From: Octopus sinensis
Lineage: Eukaryota
NCBI RefSeq assembly: GCF_006345805.1
Contig: NC_042999.1
Location: 47,368,001-47,432,000, forward strand
Direction of reading: 5' to 3'
Length of the DNA stretch: 64,000 nucleotides
Of this stretch, positions 50,846-63,736 are shown in pieces. Position 1 is the stretch's first letter; every line of letters starts with the position of its first letter. Position numbers and translations under genes: made by a program. The notes beneath the pieces were generated by a model. The model saw nothing but the letters and a program-made list of their open reading frames with translations. It was not told where the DNA came from and ran no database searches.

Positions 50846-51141
50846 GGAGATGTACTTGGATAGCAAGTGATCTGATCTGAGATCGTGTGCTGGAAAGAAG
50901 CAATTGCAGCGTGGAAGGTGTTTATAAACCATTTAAGAAACACACAAAACCCGTTAGATTCACTTCAACATTTAAATTTAATTTGTCAAAATATTTTCAT
51001 CGCTTTGAGACTGCGATCTGTTCACTGTCAAAATTCCGTGCTGCGACGAAAATATTTTGACAAATTAAATCTAAATGTCGAAGTGAATCTAACGGATTTT
51101 GTGTGTTTCTTAAATGGCTTATAAACACCTTCCACGCTGCA
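50846..51141. mobile_element. Inverted-repeat element, probably tail-to-tail Penelope-like pseudo-LTRs
   Basis: Near-perfect inverted arms of ~100 bp at 50905-51003 and 51043-51141 (TGCAGCGTGGAAGGTGTTTATAA...). A hammerhead-like motif spans the left arm and spacer. Confidence 0.75.
50982..51032 (-). ncRNA. Candidate minimal hammerhead ribozyme with G3-C8 swapped core
   Basis: Minus strand TTTGACA-GTGAACA-G-ATCGC AGTCTCAAA GCGAT-GAAA-ATAT-TT-TGACAAA. Confidence 0.5.
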
Positions 51142-52356
51142 TATATTATAAACTTAACCCAATAACAATATCTGTCTCAGCAGTACGATTTAAATTTCAT
51201 TCGTGACGAATTCAGCTGAGACTGAAACATTTGCTTGGTTTTCTACAGAACTAAGTATACAAATTTGCTTATGCTTTGGTCTAACCAGATCTCATTAGGG
51301 AAGCATTGTTTAATCTGCACTGCTAGGGAGTATAGCAATTTAGTATAGAAAATAGAGTATAATATAATTTAACCGTTACTGTCAGTATGACTTGGGAAAA
51401 TACAGCACTTTAATGAATGAGTACAGTATGGCTTTACTAGTTATAATAATGACTAAAAGAACTATTTAAAGAGTACATGCAACACACTTTTTTTAATGTG
51501 TGTGCATATGTGTATTTCGGAGTGCGTGCCCGTGCCTTTTTAAAACTGAGTCACAAGCTATGTTCCTATAGCTATGTGATGGTTTTGTACATTTGATGAT
51601 TAATAAGGTTTCTATTTCATTGATAGGGGTAGTACAGAAAATATGACAAAAATAAATACATTAATCTTAAATATTTTCTTCGTTTCCGGTCTGATTTCGT
51701 TTCATTTTTCATTTTAAAAGTATTTTCCACTAGAAACTTTGCAGATTTCAAAGCAAGTTTTTCAAAGATTTATTTTCAACTTCCATTATGAACACGTTCT
51801 CTTTCTCTTTTTCCTGTATGAAAAATATTTAACTTTGCTTTCAAACAAACATTTATATATATATATTCTTTTTTTGAATTTTTGAAAATCAAAAATGATT
51901 TCATGTCTTACCATGTCGGCTATTTGTGTAAGGGTGAATCCAAATTTCACAACTACGGCGTGCGAAGCATTGTAGACAGGGCGTGAGGCTGTATCGTAAT
52001 TAGCTAATAGTCTGCTTAGCAGGCGTTGCTCATCAGGAGTACGACGGTGTTCGACGTGATGTCTGCGATGTCTCCTTCCTGGACAATTAGGTCATTTTAA
52101 AAAGTGTTTTAGAATAATTTTTTTGTCGTTTTGAGATGTTTATGTGTTGTTGTGGTAGGTTTTATACACAGGATAACAGTTCAATTAAATCGGAATTGAT
52201 ACGTGTAGTGTTGTAGCGAAGAAGTTTTAAGTTTGCAAAAAAGAGAGAGAGAAAAAAGTTTTATATATATTAATTTATTCAGTTTTATATTTACTCTAAC
52301 ATGTCAAAACAAAATAAGAAATTGAAACACATCATTAAAATCAAAGCCGTGACAAC

Positions 52357-52440
<84 letters not shown>

Positions 52441-52502
52441 ACAGACGTATATACATATATGTATATCTATATATCTATATATCTATATATATATGTATAT
52501 GC

Positions 52503-52538
<36 letters not shown>

Positions 52539-52568
52539 GTATATATGTATATATATATGTATGTATAC

Positions 52569-52603
<35 letters not shown>

Positions 52604-52614
52604 GATTATGTGTA

Positions 52615-52647
<33 letters not shown>

Positions 52648-53400
52648 ACTATTATATATTATATATATATATATTTAAGAATTTTTTATATGTGTGAAAA
52701 CTATTCAATTTGAAGCTCATATTCAAAAGTAAAACGGTCGTTGCTTACGCTCAAAAGAGTAGTCTGCATGGAAATCTAAGACCTACATAAAAATAACAAT
52801 ATCGTTAAATATACAATAGCAACACACAAAGAACAAGAACGGAGAATATTAAGACATCTAAAGAAACAAAAACAAACAAAGACAAAGACAACAATAACAT
52901 TCGTTATTACAATAATAGACCGAAACATATTGCTGCCACTACTGTTTTGAACATTGCTAATGGAATATGTCAATTTTAAAAATTAAAATGATGTATAAGC
53001 TCCGCTACCTCTCCAGCATGAACACGACCTCATCAACAATCAGTGCCTCTACAACACTGATCATAAGCTTTTAACAGTTCACCACCAATACAAAAAAACT
53101 TTGAACAGCAAAGCACCAGCATTCAGCATACGGTCAACATTTTAAGTATTTATTTTCGTATTAGAATCATTATACAGGCTAGTCGGGCTAATTTTAATGA
53201 TATATTATGTCTAATGTTTTCAAGAAACAGCCTGATGCAGTGATGAAAAGTCAACAGCGTTAGAGAGCATGGAGCTTAAAGTTCTCACGTCTAGCACGTA
53301 TACCCAGTAAATATCAGCATACAGGATGGATGACTTAATTCTAAGGATATTATTACGTCTCCTTTTCTCTAGGAATAGATTGATATATTGATAAACAATC

Positions 53401-53670
53401 GTGGAGGCATATGGTATAATGGTTAGGTCATGTGCCTCCAGAGAAGCGGACTGGCGCTCGAGAGATCGCTGGTTCGAATCTCAGACCGGGCGAGAAACAC
53501 CTAAGCTCCACACGGTTCCGGCAGAAGGTAATGGCGAACTTCCGCTGACTCTTTCGCCACAACTTTCTCTCACTGTTTCCTCCTGCATCTTGCAGCTCAC
53601 CTATACGCCAAGGAAACCGGGAAGCCGGCCCTTATGAGCCAGGCATGGCATGAGTAGCAACAAAAAACAA
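53401..53670 (+). mobile_element. tRNA-derived SINE, family A-related head with a different tail
   Basis: GGAGGCATATGGTATAATGGTTAGG...GGTTCGAATCTC. GAAACACCTAAGCTCCAC and CACAACTTTCTCTCAC are shared with 10096-10382. Confidence 0.78.
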
Positions 53671-53759
53671 TTGATGAACAATCAATGGCGATCGAGAGCA
53701 TAAAGCCTAAAATTCTGACGTCTAGCCCGAATATTCTGAAGAATCAGTATTGTTATTCG

Positions 53760-54585
53760 AAATATCATCATCATCATCATCATGGCTCTCATCCTCACCC
53801 CCCACCCCATTATTGCAATCGTACTCCATCTCTCTTCATCATTATCGTTACTATTTTCAAGTAAAACATCATAAGTATCATGTACTTGAAAAGCACCACC
53901 ACCACCACCACCACCACCATCATCATCACCACCAATACCACCACCACCTCCACCACCACCACCACCACCACCACCACCACCACCTCCACCACCACCACAA
54001 CCACGTCCACCACCACCACAACCACTCACCATCATTATCAGCAACCAGAACATCTAATAACATTATGATCATCTCCAGCACCAACATAACCACGTCTGTC
54101 GTCATCATCATCCTTATGATCATCATCTTTACTATCATCACCAACAGGAAAATTACTTTCTCCACCATCTGTAAAACTAGGACTAATATCGCCTCCACCA
54201 CCAACACACCCCAATATCACCCCCGTCATTACCAACAAAACCGTCATTTGCACACTACCATCACCAACACCATTAAGAACATTATGCGCATCCAGATAAT
54301 TATTAATATGATGACCTTATCGCCTTAAACATAATGAGCAACATAATCCATACGACCAGGATCTTTATCTTGAGCGTTATCATTATCCATTTCGCCGTCA
54401 GCGCAATTATCGTACTACTTATAATTTTAAAGATTTCCTCTTTTAATACAGCCATCATCATTATCATCAACGTCATCATCGTCGTCGTCATCGTTGTCAT
54501 TGTCGTCATCAACATTATCGTTATCATCGATATCATCATTCTCGTCATCATCACCATCACCATCCTCACCATCGTTATCATCATG
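53760..54585. repeat. Cryptically simple (CAC)n/(CAT)n low-complexity region
   Basis: Mixed CAC, CAT and CGT trinucleotide arrays generate the poly-H/T/G/V/W ORFs. Confidence 0.9.
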
Positions 54586-54929
54586 AACAGAAATATATTT
54601 ATTAATTAATTAAAACACTTGATCGTCCGCACTTCACTCTCCCCTAAGAAGATTTTGCGAAATATCCACAAGACTTCCATTAGTGCTTCATGTAATATTT
54701 GTTAAGGACAATACGTAGATCACGGAATCTCTGTCTTTTTCATTTTGTTTTTTTATTCTTTTCCTTCAATGATGCCATCTTCCTTTAATATTTTAAATAA
54801 TAATGATAATAGTCTCTCAGAAAGACAAAAGACCGCGATGTTTTGTGGAGATGTGTTTATTCATTGCAAATTACAATAAACTTAATTGATAATTTCATGT
54901 ATTGAAGCAGGGATTAGGGAAAGCAAAAT

Positions 54930-55075
54930 TGGTGGGTGCGTGGTTAGACACTTGCTTCCTATTCACATGATTCCCGGTTCAGTCACACTGTGTGGCACCT
55001 TAGGCAACTGTCTCTACTAGAGGCTCGCCGATCAAATCGTTGTGAGTGGATTTGGTAGAATTGAAAGAGGGATTG
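54930..55075 (+). mobile_element. SINE family C tRNA head (decayed)
   Basis: GTGCGTGGTTAG..CTTGCTT..CCCGGTTCAGTCACACTGTGTGGCACCTTAGGCAA..TGTGAGTGGATTTGGTAGA. Confidence 0.75.
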
Positions 55076-55102
55076 TTCTCCTCTCTCTCTATATATATAT
55101 AC

Positions 55103-55181
<79 letters not shown>

Positions 55182-55584
55182 TATTAATAAAATGTCCCCG
55201 CTTACCGAAACGTAATTATTCTACGCCAGCTGCTTGTTGTTGTTGTTTTGTCTCATTTGGTCTAAAGTCGTATGACAATCACCGTATATATATTTTGTTT
55301 ATTCATTACTGTTTTCAATTTCGTTTCGTCTCTTGTATTCACATCCGTCTTGTGCGTTCACATTCCTGTCTTCTACCAAGAATCTATGCTTACAGCTTAG
55401 TTTTTTTTCTTGGGGCTGGCCGAGTTGGAGCAATATCAGAAATTGAACACCGAAATTTGCTATGATGATTCGGTGTCCTGACTGAAGATTGAAGGCTTCG
55501 AATGATTTGTCTGTGTTCCGTGTTCGCCCTTCCTGTATTTCACGTTCATTATATTAAAAACATTCATTCTTATATATATATATA

Positions 55585-55915
55585 ATGGTTGTATACTGTC
55601 AATCTAACAAGAATGTGACAGTAGGGGTAACACCACCGTTATATAGCCCTAGGAGGCATCGAACGCCTCCTGACAGCTTCGACACATTTTATCCTGTGTC
55701 CTTATATACACATACGAAGGGGAGATAACACCCCCAACTGCCGGAACTGCATCTAGGGACACCGTGTTTTCAGGATCATTGTCCTTCATCGGCCTAGAGT
55801 AGCAGACACGGTCAGCTGGCGATGTCTGTCTCGACTTCGTATCTGTATATCTATAGTCAGGAAGTTATTCACTGATTATCAAAATAAGAATATTGGTTTC
55901 AAACTCAATATTTCT
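55585..55915 (-). mobile_element. Probable Penelope-like pseudo-LTR fragment in (TA)n
   Basis: Higher-GC island between (TA)n tracts carrying a hammerhead motif at 55752-55798. Confidence 0.6.
55752..55798 (-). ncRNA. Candidate minimal hammerhead ribozyme (U4C core)
   Basis: Minus strand TCTAGG-CCGATGA-AGGA CAATGA TCCT-GAAA-ACAC G GTGT-C-CCTAGA. 6-bp stem I, 4-bp stem II, GUC triplet. Confidence 0.7.
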
Positions 55916-55928
55916 TATATATATATAT

Positions 55929-55970
<42 letters not shown>

Positions 55971-56432
55971 TTATCTATATATATATATATTATATATGTA
56001 TATATGTATGTATATGTATATATATATATATATGTATGTATGTATGTATATATATATATGTATGTATTATGTATTATATACGTATATATGTATATATATA
56101 TATAATATATATATATATATGTATATATATGTATATATATATAAAATTATAAATAGGGTGAAAATCGATATTAATTTAATAATACCGTCAATTTAACACC
56201 AAGTGGCTTAGCACAAAAACTACGGAGGAATACAATTTTATACATAAATTATTAGAGAGTTTATCCACTATGTGGATAACTCTATGCTAAAAAATAGCTC
56301 CGAAGCAACCACAGAAGATCCGTTTTCAACTAGAATCAACACACATTTAACCGAAGGAAAGTGAAATACAACGAATAAAATAGATTGACTCTATACAATT
56401 GTTTCATTACTAATGCAATATGTAGTTTTACT

Positions 56433-56506
<74 letters not shown>

Positions 56507-56774
56507 TATATATATATATAATGTATGTATATATATGTATATATGTTATATATATGTATGTATATATAGGTATATATGTATATATGTATATATATGTATA
56601 TATATGTATATATATATATGATATATACATATGTATATATATATGTATATATACATGTGTATATATATGTATGTATATATATATTTATATGTTTGTATGT
56701 ATGTATGTATATATGTATATATATATATGTATGTAGGTATGTATGTGTGTATGTATATGCATATGTCTGTGCTT

Positions 56775-56975
56775 GTCCCACACAACCGATTGAAAACTGG
56801 TGCTGGTGTGCTTACATCCCTGGAACTTAGCGGTTCGTCAAAAGAGACAAACAGAATACGTAAGTATTAGACTTTAAGAAAATAAGTCATGTGGTCGATT
56901 TATTCGACTAAAACACTTCAAGGCAGCGCCCCAGCAAATCCGCAGTCAAATGACTGAAACAAGTAAATGTTAAAA
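56775..56975 (+). mobile_element. SINE family C 3' body
   Basis: TGCTGGTGTGCTTACATCCC..AACTTAGCGGTTCG..AAAAGAGAC...CAAATGACTGAAACAAGTAAA is the reverse complement of the 29.9 and 44.15 kb bodies. Confidence 0.78.
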
Positions 56976-57914
56976 GCTAAATGAATCGCAAATAATTCCG
57001 CAGTTCTACCCTTCTACTATAACAACATTTCCCTGCAAAGAAACATGGCCTGAAATATTTTGTCCATATCACCAACAACAGGATTTTACTGGTTGGTTCT
57101 GATTAGCGATTTTGAAAACATAACATGCGTATATGACATCAGACAGATATGAGATTACAACGTATTCTTATTTTTTACAAATACCCAAGTCCAAAGTTTA
57201 TAGGTTGTGAACAGTCCACTATAGTTATTCTATTGACTGCTTTTTTTTTTTTTTGTTTTATTTTTACTCTTATCGATAATCGGGGAAAATGGCGGGCAAA
57301 TTTGACTTCTGAAATAAAGCTACGTGATTAAATGTTCTAAATCATTTGATCGTTACTAATCTGACTGTAACAATCCTTTTCTTTTGGAATTCTGGAATAC
57401 TAAGAATCTGACATTAAACAAGTTGGCTAGATAGTTTTTTTTTTTTTTTTTTTGGTTTAAAAAATTTATTTCTAAAAATTCGTTAAAGTTTTTACGTGTC
57501 TTAAAAATCAACATGAAGTGAATTACAATTTATCGTGACGCGAAACAAGGTCAGCGACTCGGTATTCTGAAAATTTGCCACACTTAATTTGTAATAACAT
57601 GCAACACGTCGGGTTTTCTTTATTATTATTTTTTTCTTTTTAGATTTGTAAAGTTTTCAAAAGAACAAACGCAAGTGAGGAGGGGTTCATCAAATTTGCT
57701 TTATGTAGGTTAGTATTTTATTTGTTTAATCGCTTACAAAGGAAGGATTTATGAATTGTACATTGACAAGATGAAAAGACCAATCGGAGAAGAACAACAA
57801 TAGGGTGGAAGAAGAAACAGAAACAAGAAAGGAAGAAGAGAAAATCAGGATGTAAAAATGCCTTAAAATTTCACTCATGTAGAGGATGATGAGGATATCT
57901 ATTATGAAAAGGAA

Positions 57915-58225
57915 CTAAGATGAAGATGATGGCGATGACATCAATGATGATGATTATGTTGATGATGAGGAGGATGATGATAAAGGATAAAGAAGAAGAA
58001 GAAGAAGTAGAAGAAGAAGACGACGACGAAGAAGAAGAAGAAGAAGAAGAAGAAGAAGAAGAGAAGAAGAAGAAAAAGAAGAAGAAGAAAAAGAAGAAGA
58101 AGAAGAAGAAGAAGAAGAAGAAGAGAAGAGAAAAAGAAGAAGAAGAAGAAGACAGAATAAGAAACGAAGAAGAAGAAAAGAAGAAGAAGAAGAAGAAGAA
58201 GAAGAAGAAGAAGAAGAAGAAAAAA
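57915..58225. repeat. (GAT)n/(GAA)n microsatellite
   Basis: Directly visible. It explains the poly-E/K and poly-F/S ORFs. Confidence 0.95.
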
Positions 58226-58430
58226 GGACGCTCTCGTTGAAGACGACTTATAAGTATTCGGTGTTTGCTGAACGATTTTTTGCTACTGCCCCTGCCACTT
58301 TCCCTTCCCAAGATTTCAGCCATATTGTAACATGTTTTATCCTTCACTCACACCAGGATGGTTGGTGAATCTCGTCAAGTGACTGTAACAAACATGCAGA
58401 TTAAAAGTAAATAATAATAAAAATAATAAA

Positions 58431-58648
58431 GATTGTCTTAACTGGTACATCACACGTATTGAGAAGAGCATTGTCGATGTGAGAACTGTTGCTGCTCATG
58501 TATTTTAATTTAACTTAAAAAAAAAAAATGAACGAACTATTGAGTTTGGTTTAATGGCCTACCAATGTATACTATGAGTTTCTTTGCCCTAGGAGTCGGG
58601 AAGACACTCGGCAAGAAATGGAAGCAAATTTGAAAGAAGAAAAAAAAA

Positions 58649-58652
<4 letters not shown>
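58431..58652 (+). mobile_element. Extreme 3' end of an R4/Dong-type LINE in (AAT)n
   Basis: IVLTGTSHVLRRALSM* parallels IVFMGTAHILRKILSM* of ORF 24474-24902. Inverted twin at 23000-23204. Confidence 0.82.
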
Positions 58653-58689
<37 letters not shown>

Positions 58690-58693
<4 letters not shown>

Positions 58694-59580
58694 AGAGGAA
58701 GACAACTGATAACTGTGGAAGACTGCGTGTGTATCGAACTCGAGAGCTTTATGCTATACCTAGCCCAAAATAAGGAAACCTTGCTTGTGGCAGTTAGGTT
58801 CGAGGGAGTATTTAAAGCTGGGAGAAAAGGTAAAACGAAGGAAGAATTACAAAAAGAACTGAAGAAGAATTGTGCAAGAAGTCACTACACAGTCAATTCC
58901 ATGTAGACACAACAGAGGTTGCTGAAGAAAATAGATGGAATTAGCTGATGAATGGTACACATACAAAAAGAGATGTAGAGCACTACACTGGCAGCGCAAG
59001 ACTAAACTCTGGACACGAACTGGAAGATCCACCTAAGGAATGAACAAGTGTCTCCGGTTTTCCGCATCCGCAATAGAGTGGATGACACCATTGCTCACAC
59101 CACGAACGAATGCCCTAGACTTGCCCAACACCACAACAAGCTATGGCGACACAATTAGGTACGAAAGTGCTACGTTGGAAACTGTGCGAAAAAGTGGATG
59201 GTAGAGAAAGGCAAGACTTCGTATGAACACAAATCGGAGAGTGTGGAGGAGTCGGAGACTAGCAAAATCCTCTGTCATCTCCCAATCCAAACAGATCGGG
59301 TGTTAGACCATAACAGACCAGGTTTAATTGTGGTAGACAAGGTGTACCAAATATGCTATATTGTTTACTTTGCATGCCTCTTTGACTCACGAATAGTCAA
59401 GAAGGAAGGTGAAATAATTAATAGATACAACCCTCTTCAGGACGAAATAGCACGGCTATGGAAAATGAAGAAGGTGGAGATAGCGCCAATTATTGTATGA
59501 GAAGGCATCAATGAAATTGATATAAATGGAAATGGAATAGAGTGTCCAGTAGAACTGTTACAAAGGTTTTGCCACCCTGG
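58690..59580 (+). mobile_element. Decayed R4/Dong-type LINE fragment (CCHC + RLE)
   Basis: AAQD, ECPRLAQ..RHN and PIQTDRVLDHNRPGLIVVDK...EIARLWKMKKVEIAPII (ORF 59198-59500). Confidence 0.85.
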
Positions 59581-60135
59581 CGTGTGTACCTTTATCAGAC
59601 GGGTAGTCATGATGGGTATACTGGGCTTCGTATATTTTACCCCAGTGTCACTTTGATGCATACACTGCTCTCACTCAATAATAATAATAATAATCATAAT
59701 AATAATAGTAAAATACCTTGATGCAGTACTAGGCCGTGGCTCTCATGGCTTCTGAACCGATTGGAAGTGTCATCATGTACATTGATTTGTCTTGTTATAA
59801 AAGATGGGCTACAGTAAATATTCTGCTCAATACCACAGATTTGCTTGGCAGTTCCTTGACCTTTACCAGTTAAGCATGTCCCTTGGTGGCTGATCATATG
59901 TGTATCACAAATCACGAGCAGAAATAGTGGGGGAGCATCATAGCCATATGTTGACAGGAATTCTTTGGGGTTTGGATAATTCACCCTTGAAATCATGGGT
60001 GTTTCGTTCACCATCCTTAAGCAAACCTCGCTCAGGGACCTTTTGAGTGGGATGGGCTACTCGACCCGGAGGAAATTGTAACTGAGCCCCACCTGCAAGA
60101 GCATGTGCTATTTATCTTGATATGAGATCACCATA
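59581..60135 (+). mobile_element. Family D retroposon pieces (3' 100 bp, (AAT)n, then 5' 420 bp)
   Basis: Homologous to 19975-20525, with the two parts in permuted order around an (AAT)n tract. Confidence 0.8.
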
Positions 60136-60145
60136 ATAATAAACT

Positions 60146-60591
60146 AAACGTATCTGTTAAGATCTACCAAAAACTAAGCAAATATAAAGATCTTGAAATA
60201 GAAATCAGCAAAATGTGGAACCTGAAGACTAAAACAATACCTGTTGTCATAGGTGCCCTGGGAATGATAGCAAAAGGGGCTAATTGCTACCTAACTCAGA
60301 TACCAGCAAACCCCAAAAGGGCAGAAATTCAAAAGATAGTGCTCATGGGAACTGCTCATATCCTACGCAAAATACTTTCTATGTAATCTCAAGTTTTAAA
60401 ACAAACGTAATTTTTGTATGTTTATTTTTTTAGACATTCACTAGTACAACATTAAATACAAAACCAAATATATGGCACACTAGGCATAACAAAACATGAA
60501 CTTCCAACCTGTTGTCTCTTGTGGTCTCTGGGTGTGACTTGGATCCAGCTTGTACAAATATAAAGCAAAAGCCAAACATAGAATAATAATA
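60146..60591 (+). mobile_element. 5'-truncated R4/Dong-type LINE 3' end
   Basis: KYKDLEIEISKMWNLKTKTIPVVIGALG...GTAHILRKILSM* (stop at 60384-60386) and a 3' UTR nearly identical to the inverted 24233-24715. Confidence 0.92.
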
Positions 60592-61127
60592 GTATTAGCC
60601 GTTGACCAAACCACTCTCAATTCAGCCATCTTCATATACATCATATTTTATTAGCATAATAGAGATATTACAATCTTTAATGGATAGGTTTTCCAGATTT
60701 AAAATGGAGGAAAAGAAGTTATGATTATACTACGATAAATGTAAACAATCACTTAATAATAGCGACTGCTTTTCTGTACATGGAACCCATGCTGGCTCTC
60801 ATGATAAAGTTAAAGATGTTTATTCTATAAATGGTAGTAAGGGACGCCTGATAAAATTACTGTATCCATAAGCAAAACAAATGTTGTTCCATGAGTTTTC
60901 ATATTTTATGTTAAGTATCTGGGCAGTACAACTAGGAATAAAACATTATGTACAGCACACCAATATGCTTGCATGCACGTCGGTGTTTGTGTATATGGAA
61001 GCCCAGCAAGGTTTGGAAATGATTAAGTGTGTTCATAATTTTATGGATTTATGAAGAAATAAATAAACATACTCTGATTATATATCTGCTACCTAATTGC
61101 ACGTATATACTTATATCTGTTTGTCTG

Positions 61128-61204
<77 letters not shown>

Positions 61205-61836
61205 TCATATATATATATGTGTGTGTGTGTGTACGTATGTGTGTATATGTTTTATGTGTGTGTGTGTGTGTAAAAAGAGAGCATGAGAAAAAGAGAGTGA
61301 TACATATCCACAGCAAAAATAATCATACAAGCATCAAAGTAGAAACACGCAAGTTTATAAACACATGCACAGGTATACACACACATACTCACCCATACGC
61401 ACATATACGCACGCATGCATATATGTTACGATACAAATATCCTTTTGTGCTTTAGTTAATATTTTGTGTTTTGAAAATAAGTACCGAATATGTACATTGA
61501 ACACTTTTGAATTTACATAACAGCTATTTACCATTTCAAATACGGCAAGTTAACACTAACTTTTTGTAAACTTATACACTTGTCATTTGAAAAGGGCGCT
61601 GAGGGTGGTTTATGCAATGGACACTAATTTTCATTTAAGAATATTACATTTCAGTTTAAAGTTATACGTTTGTGCTTTCTTCAAAGTCATTAAGTCGATG
61701 TCATTAGAATGCAGATGATACTGCAGATTAGGTACACCTATTAATTAAAGTATTTGAAGAGATCATATGATTCCCTTTCTTCCTGATGCATTACTAGATA
61801 TATCTTATATTTTCATATAAATACAGTTGACAGTAA

Positions 61837-62079
61837 GTGGAGCCGCGTGGCTTAGTGGTTAGGGGTGTTGGAGTCATGATGGGAAGACTGTGGTTTCGTT
61901 TCTGAATCGGGTAACACGTGTTCTTAAGCATAACACTTAATTTAACATTGCTCCAGTCCACTGAGCTGACAAAAATGAGTAATCCTTCGATCGGTCAGTG
62001 TCCAGTCTGGGTAGAGTATACAGCACAGAAACCGGGAAACCAGCCCTGTTAGTCTATATGTCGTGTACGTAGAACATAT
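61837..62079 (+). mobile_element. tRNA-derived SINE family E with TSD
   Basis: Head GGAGCCGCGTGGCTTAGTGGTTAGG. TTGCTCCAGTCCACT.AGCTG is shared with 28603-28853. TSD AGTTGACAGTAA at 61825-61836 and 62080-62091. Confidence 0.85.
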
Positions 62080-62859
62080 AGTTGACAGTAATCGTAAAAT
62101 TCTGCTCCAAGAGAAGAAACTGCCGAATGAAGATGAGTTTACTGCTAGACGCCAAGAAAGAAAAAAACTAGGTTATCAATCGAAATCCCCTACATCATCT
62201 GCAATATTGCATTGAGCATAAATATAGGACTAAAGTCTTAGAAAATCCCACGCTTAGTGACAAAACACCCATTATGTGTATTTTATTTAATTATATCTTT
62301 TTCTAATAGCCCATGAAGAACAAAAAAAGAATGTCTTCAGTTTTAAGCACAGTATTCTGCAATGGCGAAAGCTTGTGTATTGATCCTGACTGTACAAGCC
62401 AGAACTCTAAAGCAAAAATAAGTATTCTTCAGGATACTTATATGAACTTTCCATAAATGGACAATAGTTCTTTATGATGCTCACATAAACTTTCTGAAAA
62501 ATATCTGGGAGTCTACCATTGCACTAGATATATGATATCGAAAGATAAATGGGCAAAATCATGACATACTCTACAGAAAATGAATGGCACAAAGCACAGG
62601 GCTTCTAAGGCTGTTTTATATTTCGTTTTAAACAACCACATACAGTAAAGTTGTATTAAGGACACACAAATGAAGCAGATACAGAAGTCAAATAACGCTA
62701 ACAATGTGTTACAAAGTTTGCCTAACCGAATTTTTGACAAGGAGCCACCATTCTATGTTCTTAACAGTACTGATTGATATTTTTATTTGTAATTTTTGTA
62801 CAATCCTGCATTTCATCTAAAACCATTTTTCTTATCACTGCATTCCAACCTTTAATCAT

Positions 62860-63075
62860 ATTTCGGCATTATTTTGGCTTAACGATACCACGTACCCGGC
62901 TCATCTCGAAACAAAGTGAATGGTTGTTCTTTGATTTGTATACAAATTATCTTCTACATCTACTACGCTACAGCACATCAGCAAATAGACTTCACTGTTT
63001 ATATATACGTCATAAAACTGCGATTGAATTCGTTTCGTGATTACGTAGTATAATGAAGCCAAAATAATGGCGAGA
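62860..63075. mobile_element. Decayed MITE-like inverted repeat
   Basis: CGGCATTATTTTGGCTTAACGATACCACGTA pairs with TACGTAGTATAATGAAGCCAAAATAATGGCG. Internal GCACATCAGCAAATA.ACTTCACT recurs at ~63303. Confidence 0.55.
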
Positions 63076-63736
63076 TATCACTATGTATGAATCTCGCAGT
63101 TTCAGAGGCTTATTAGCTCGCTTTGATCGTGACATCCACTTGTTCTTTACCACTCGGTGTCTTTTGAGAAGCTTTTTCCAGACGTTATTCATCATAAAAT
63201 TTGGCGTATAAACAAAACACACAACATTTGTGTGACCGATAATGTTGACATTACTGCTTTTAATTCGTAATTTAATTTTTCTGTACCATGTGCTACACCG
63301 CCGCACATCAGCAAATAAACTTCACTCTATTTGCATCTACATCGTAGTCCATCAATTCACTTCGTTTTGAGGTTATCCCTCTACTTGTTATTAACAAGGC
63401 ATAAAAATAGCGAAATCAGCTTTCTCAGTGATTCTGACCCGATTTGTCTGGCCAGGTCTCTGACATTCATGGGCTCGTTAACGCACGGCGTCATTTGGGT
63501 GGCTTACCCAAAACCTTATCTCGCAGCAGGTTTGGCGTAGAAACAAAATATAGACTATGCAGGTGCAACCGATGGTATATATAAAAAGGGGATAGTCAGA
63601 AGTTTTGATAATAATGTTTTTTAACGCTCTCATCACGTTTCAAAGATTCCGTAGGTATGATTTATTCGGAAAAAATTATATCTTTTATGTACATGTATGA
63701 TAGCTAGCTAGGTAAGCTGTTTCTCTATATTTTCAG

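Noticed and set aside
51945-52100. CpG-richer island as a possible promoter or first exon
   Set aside because: No supportable ORF, strong splice donor or recognisable motif. Transcript data would be needed.
56385-56412. GAAACAATTGTA on the minus strand, identical to the 3' half of the 15.1-kb hammerhead
   Set aside because: The CUGANGA half is absent (the sequence runs into (TA)n), so it is at most a truncated remnant.
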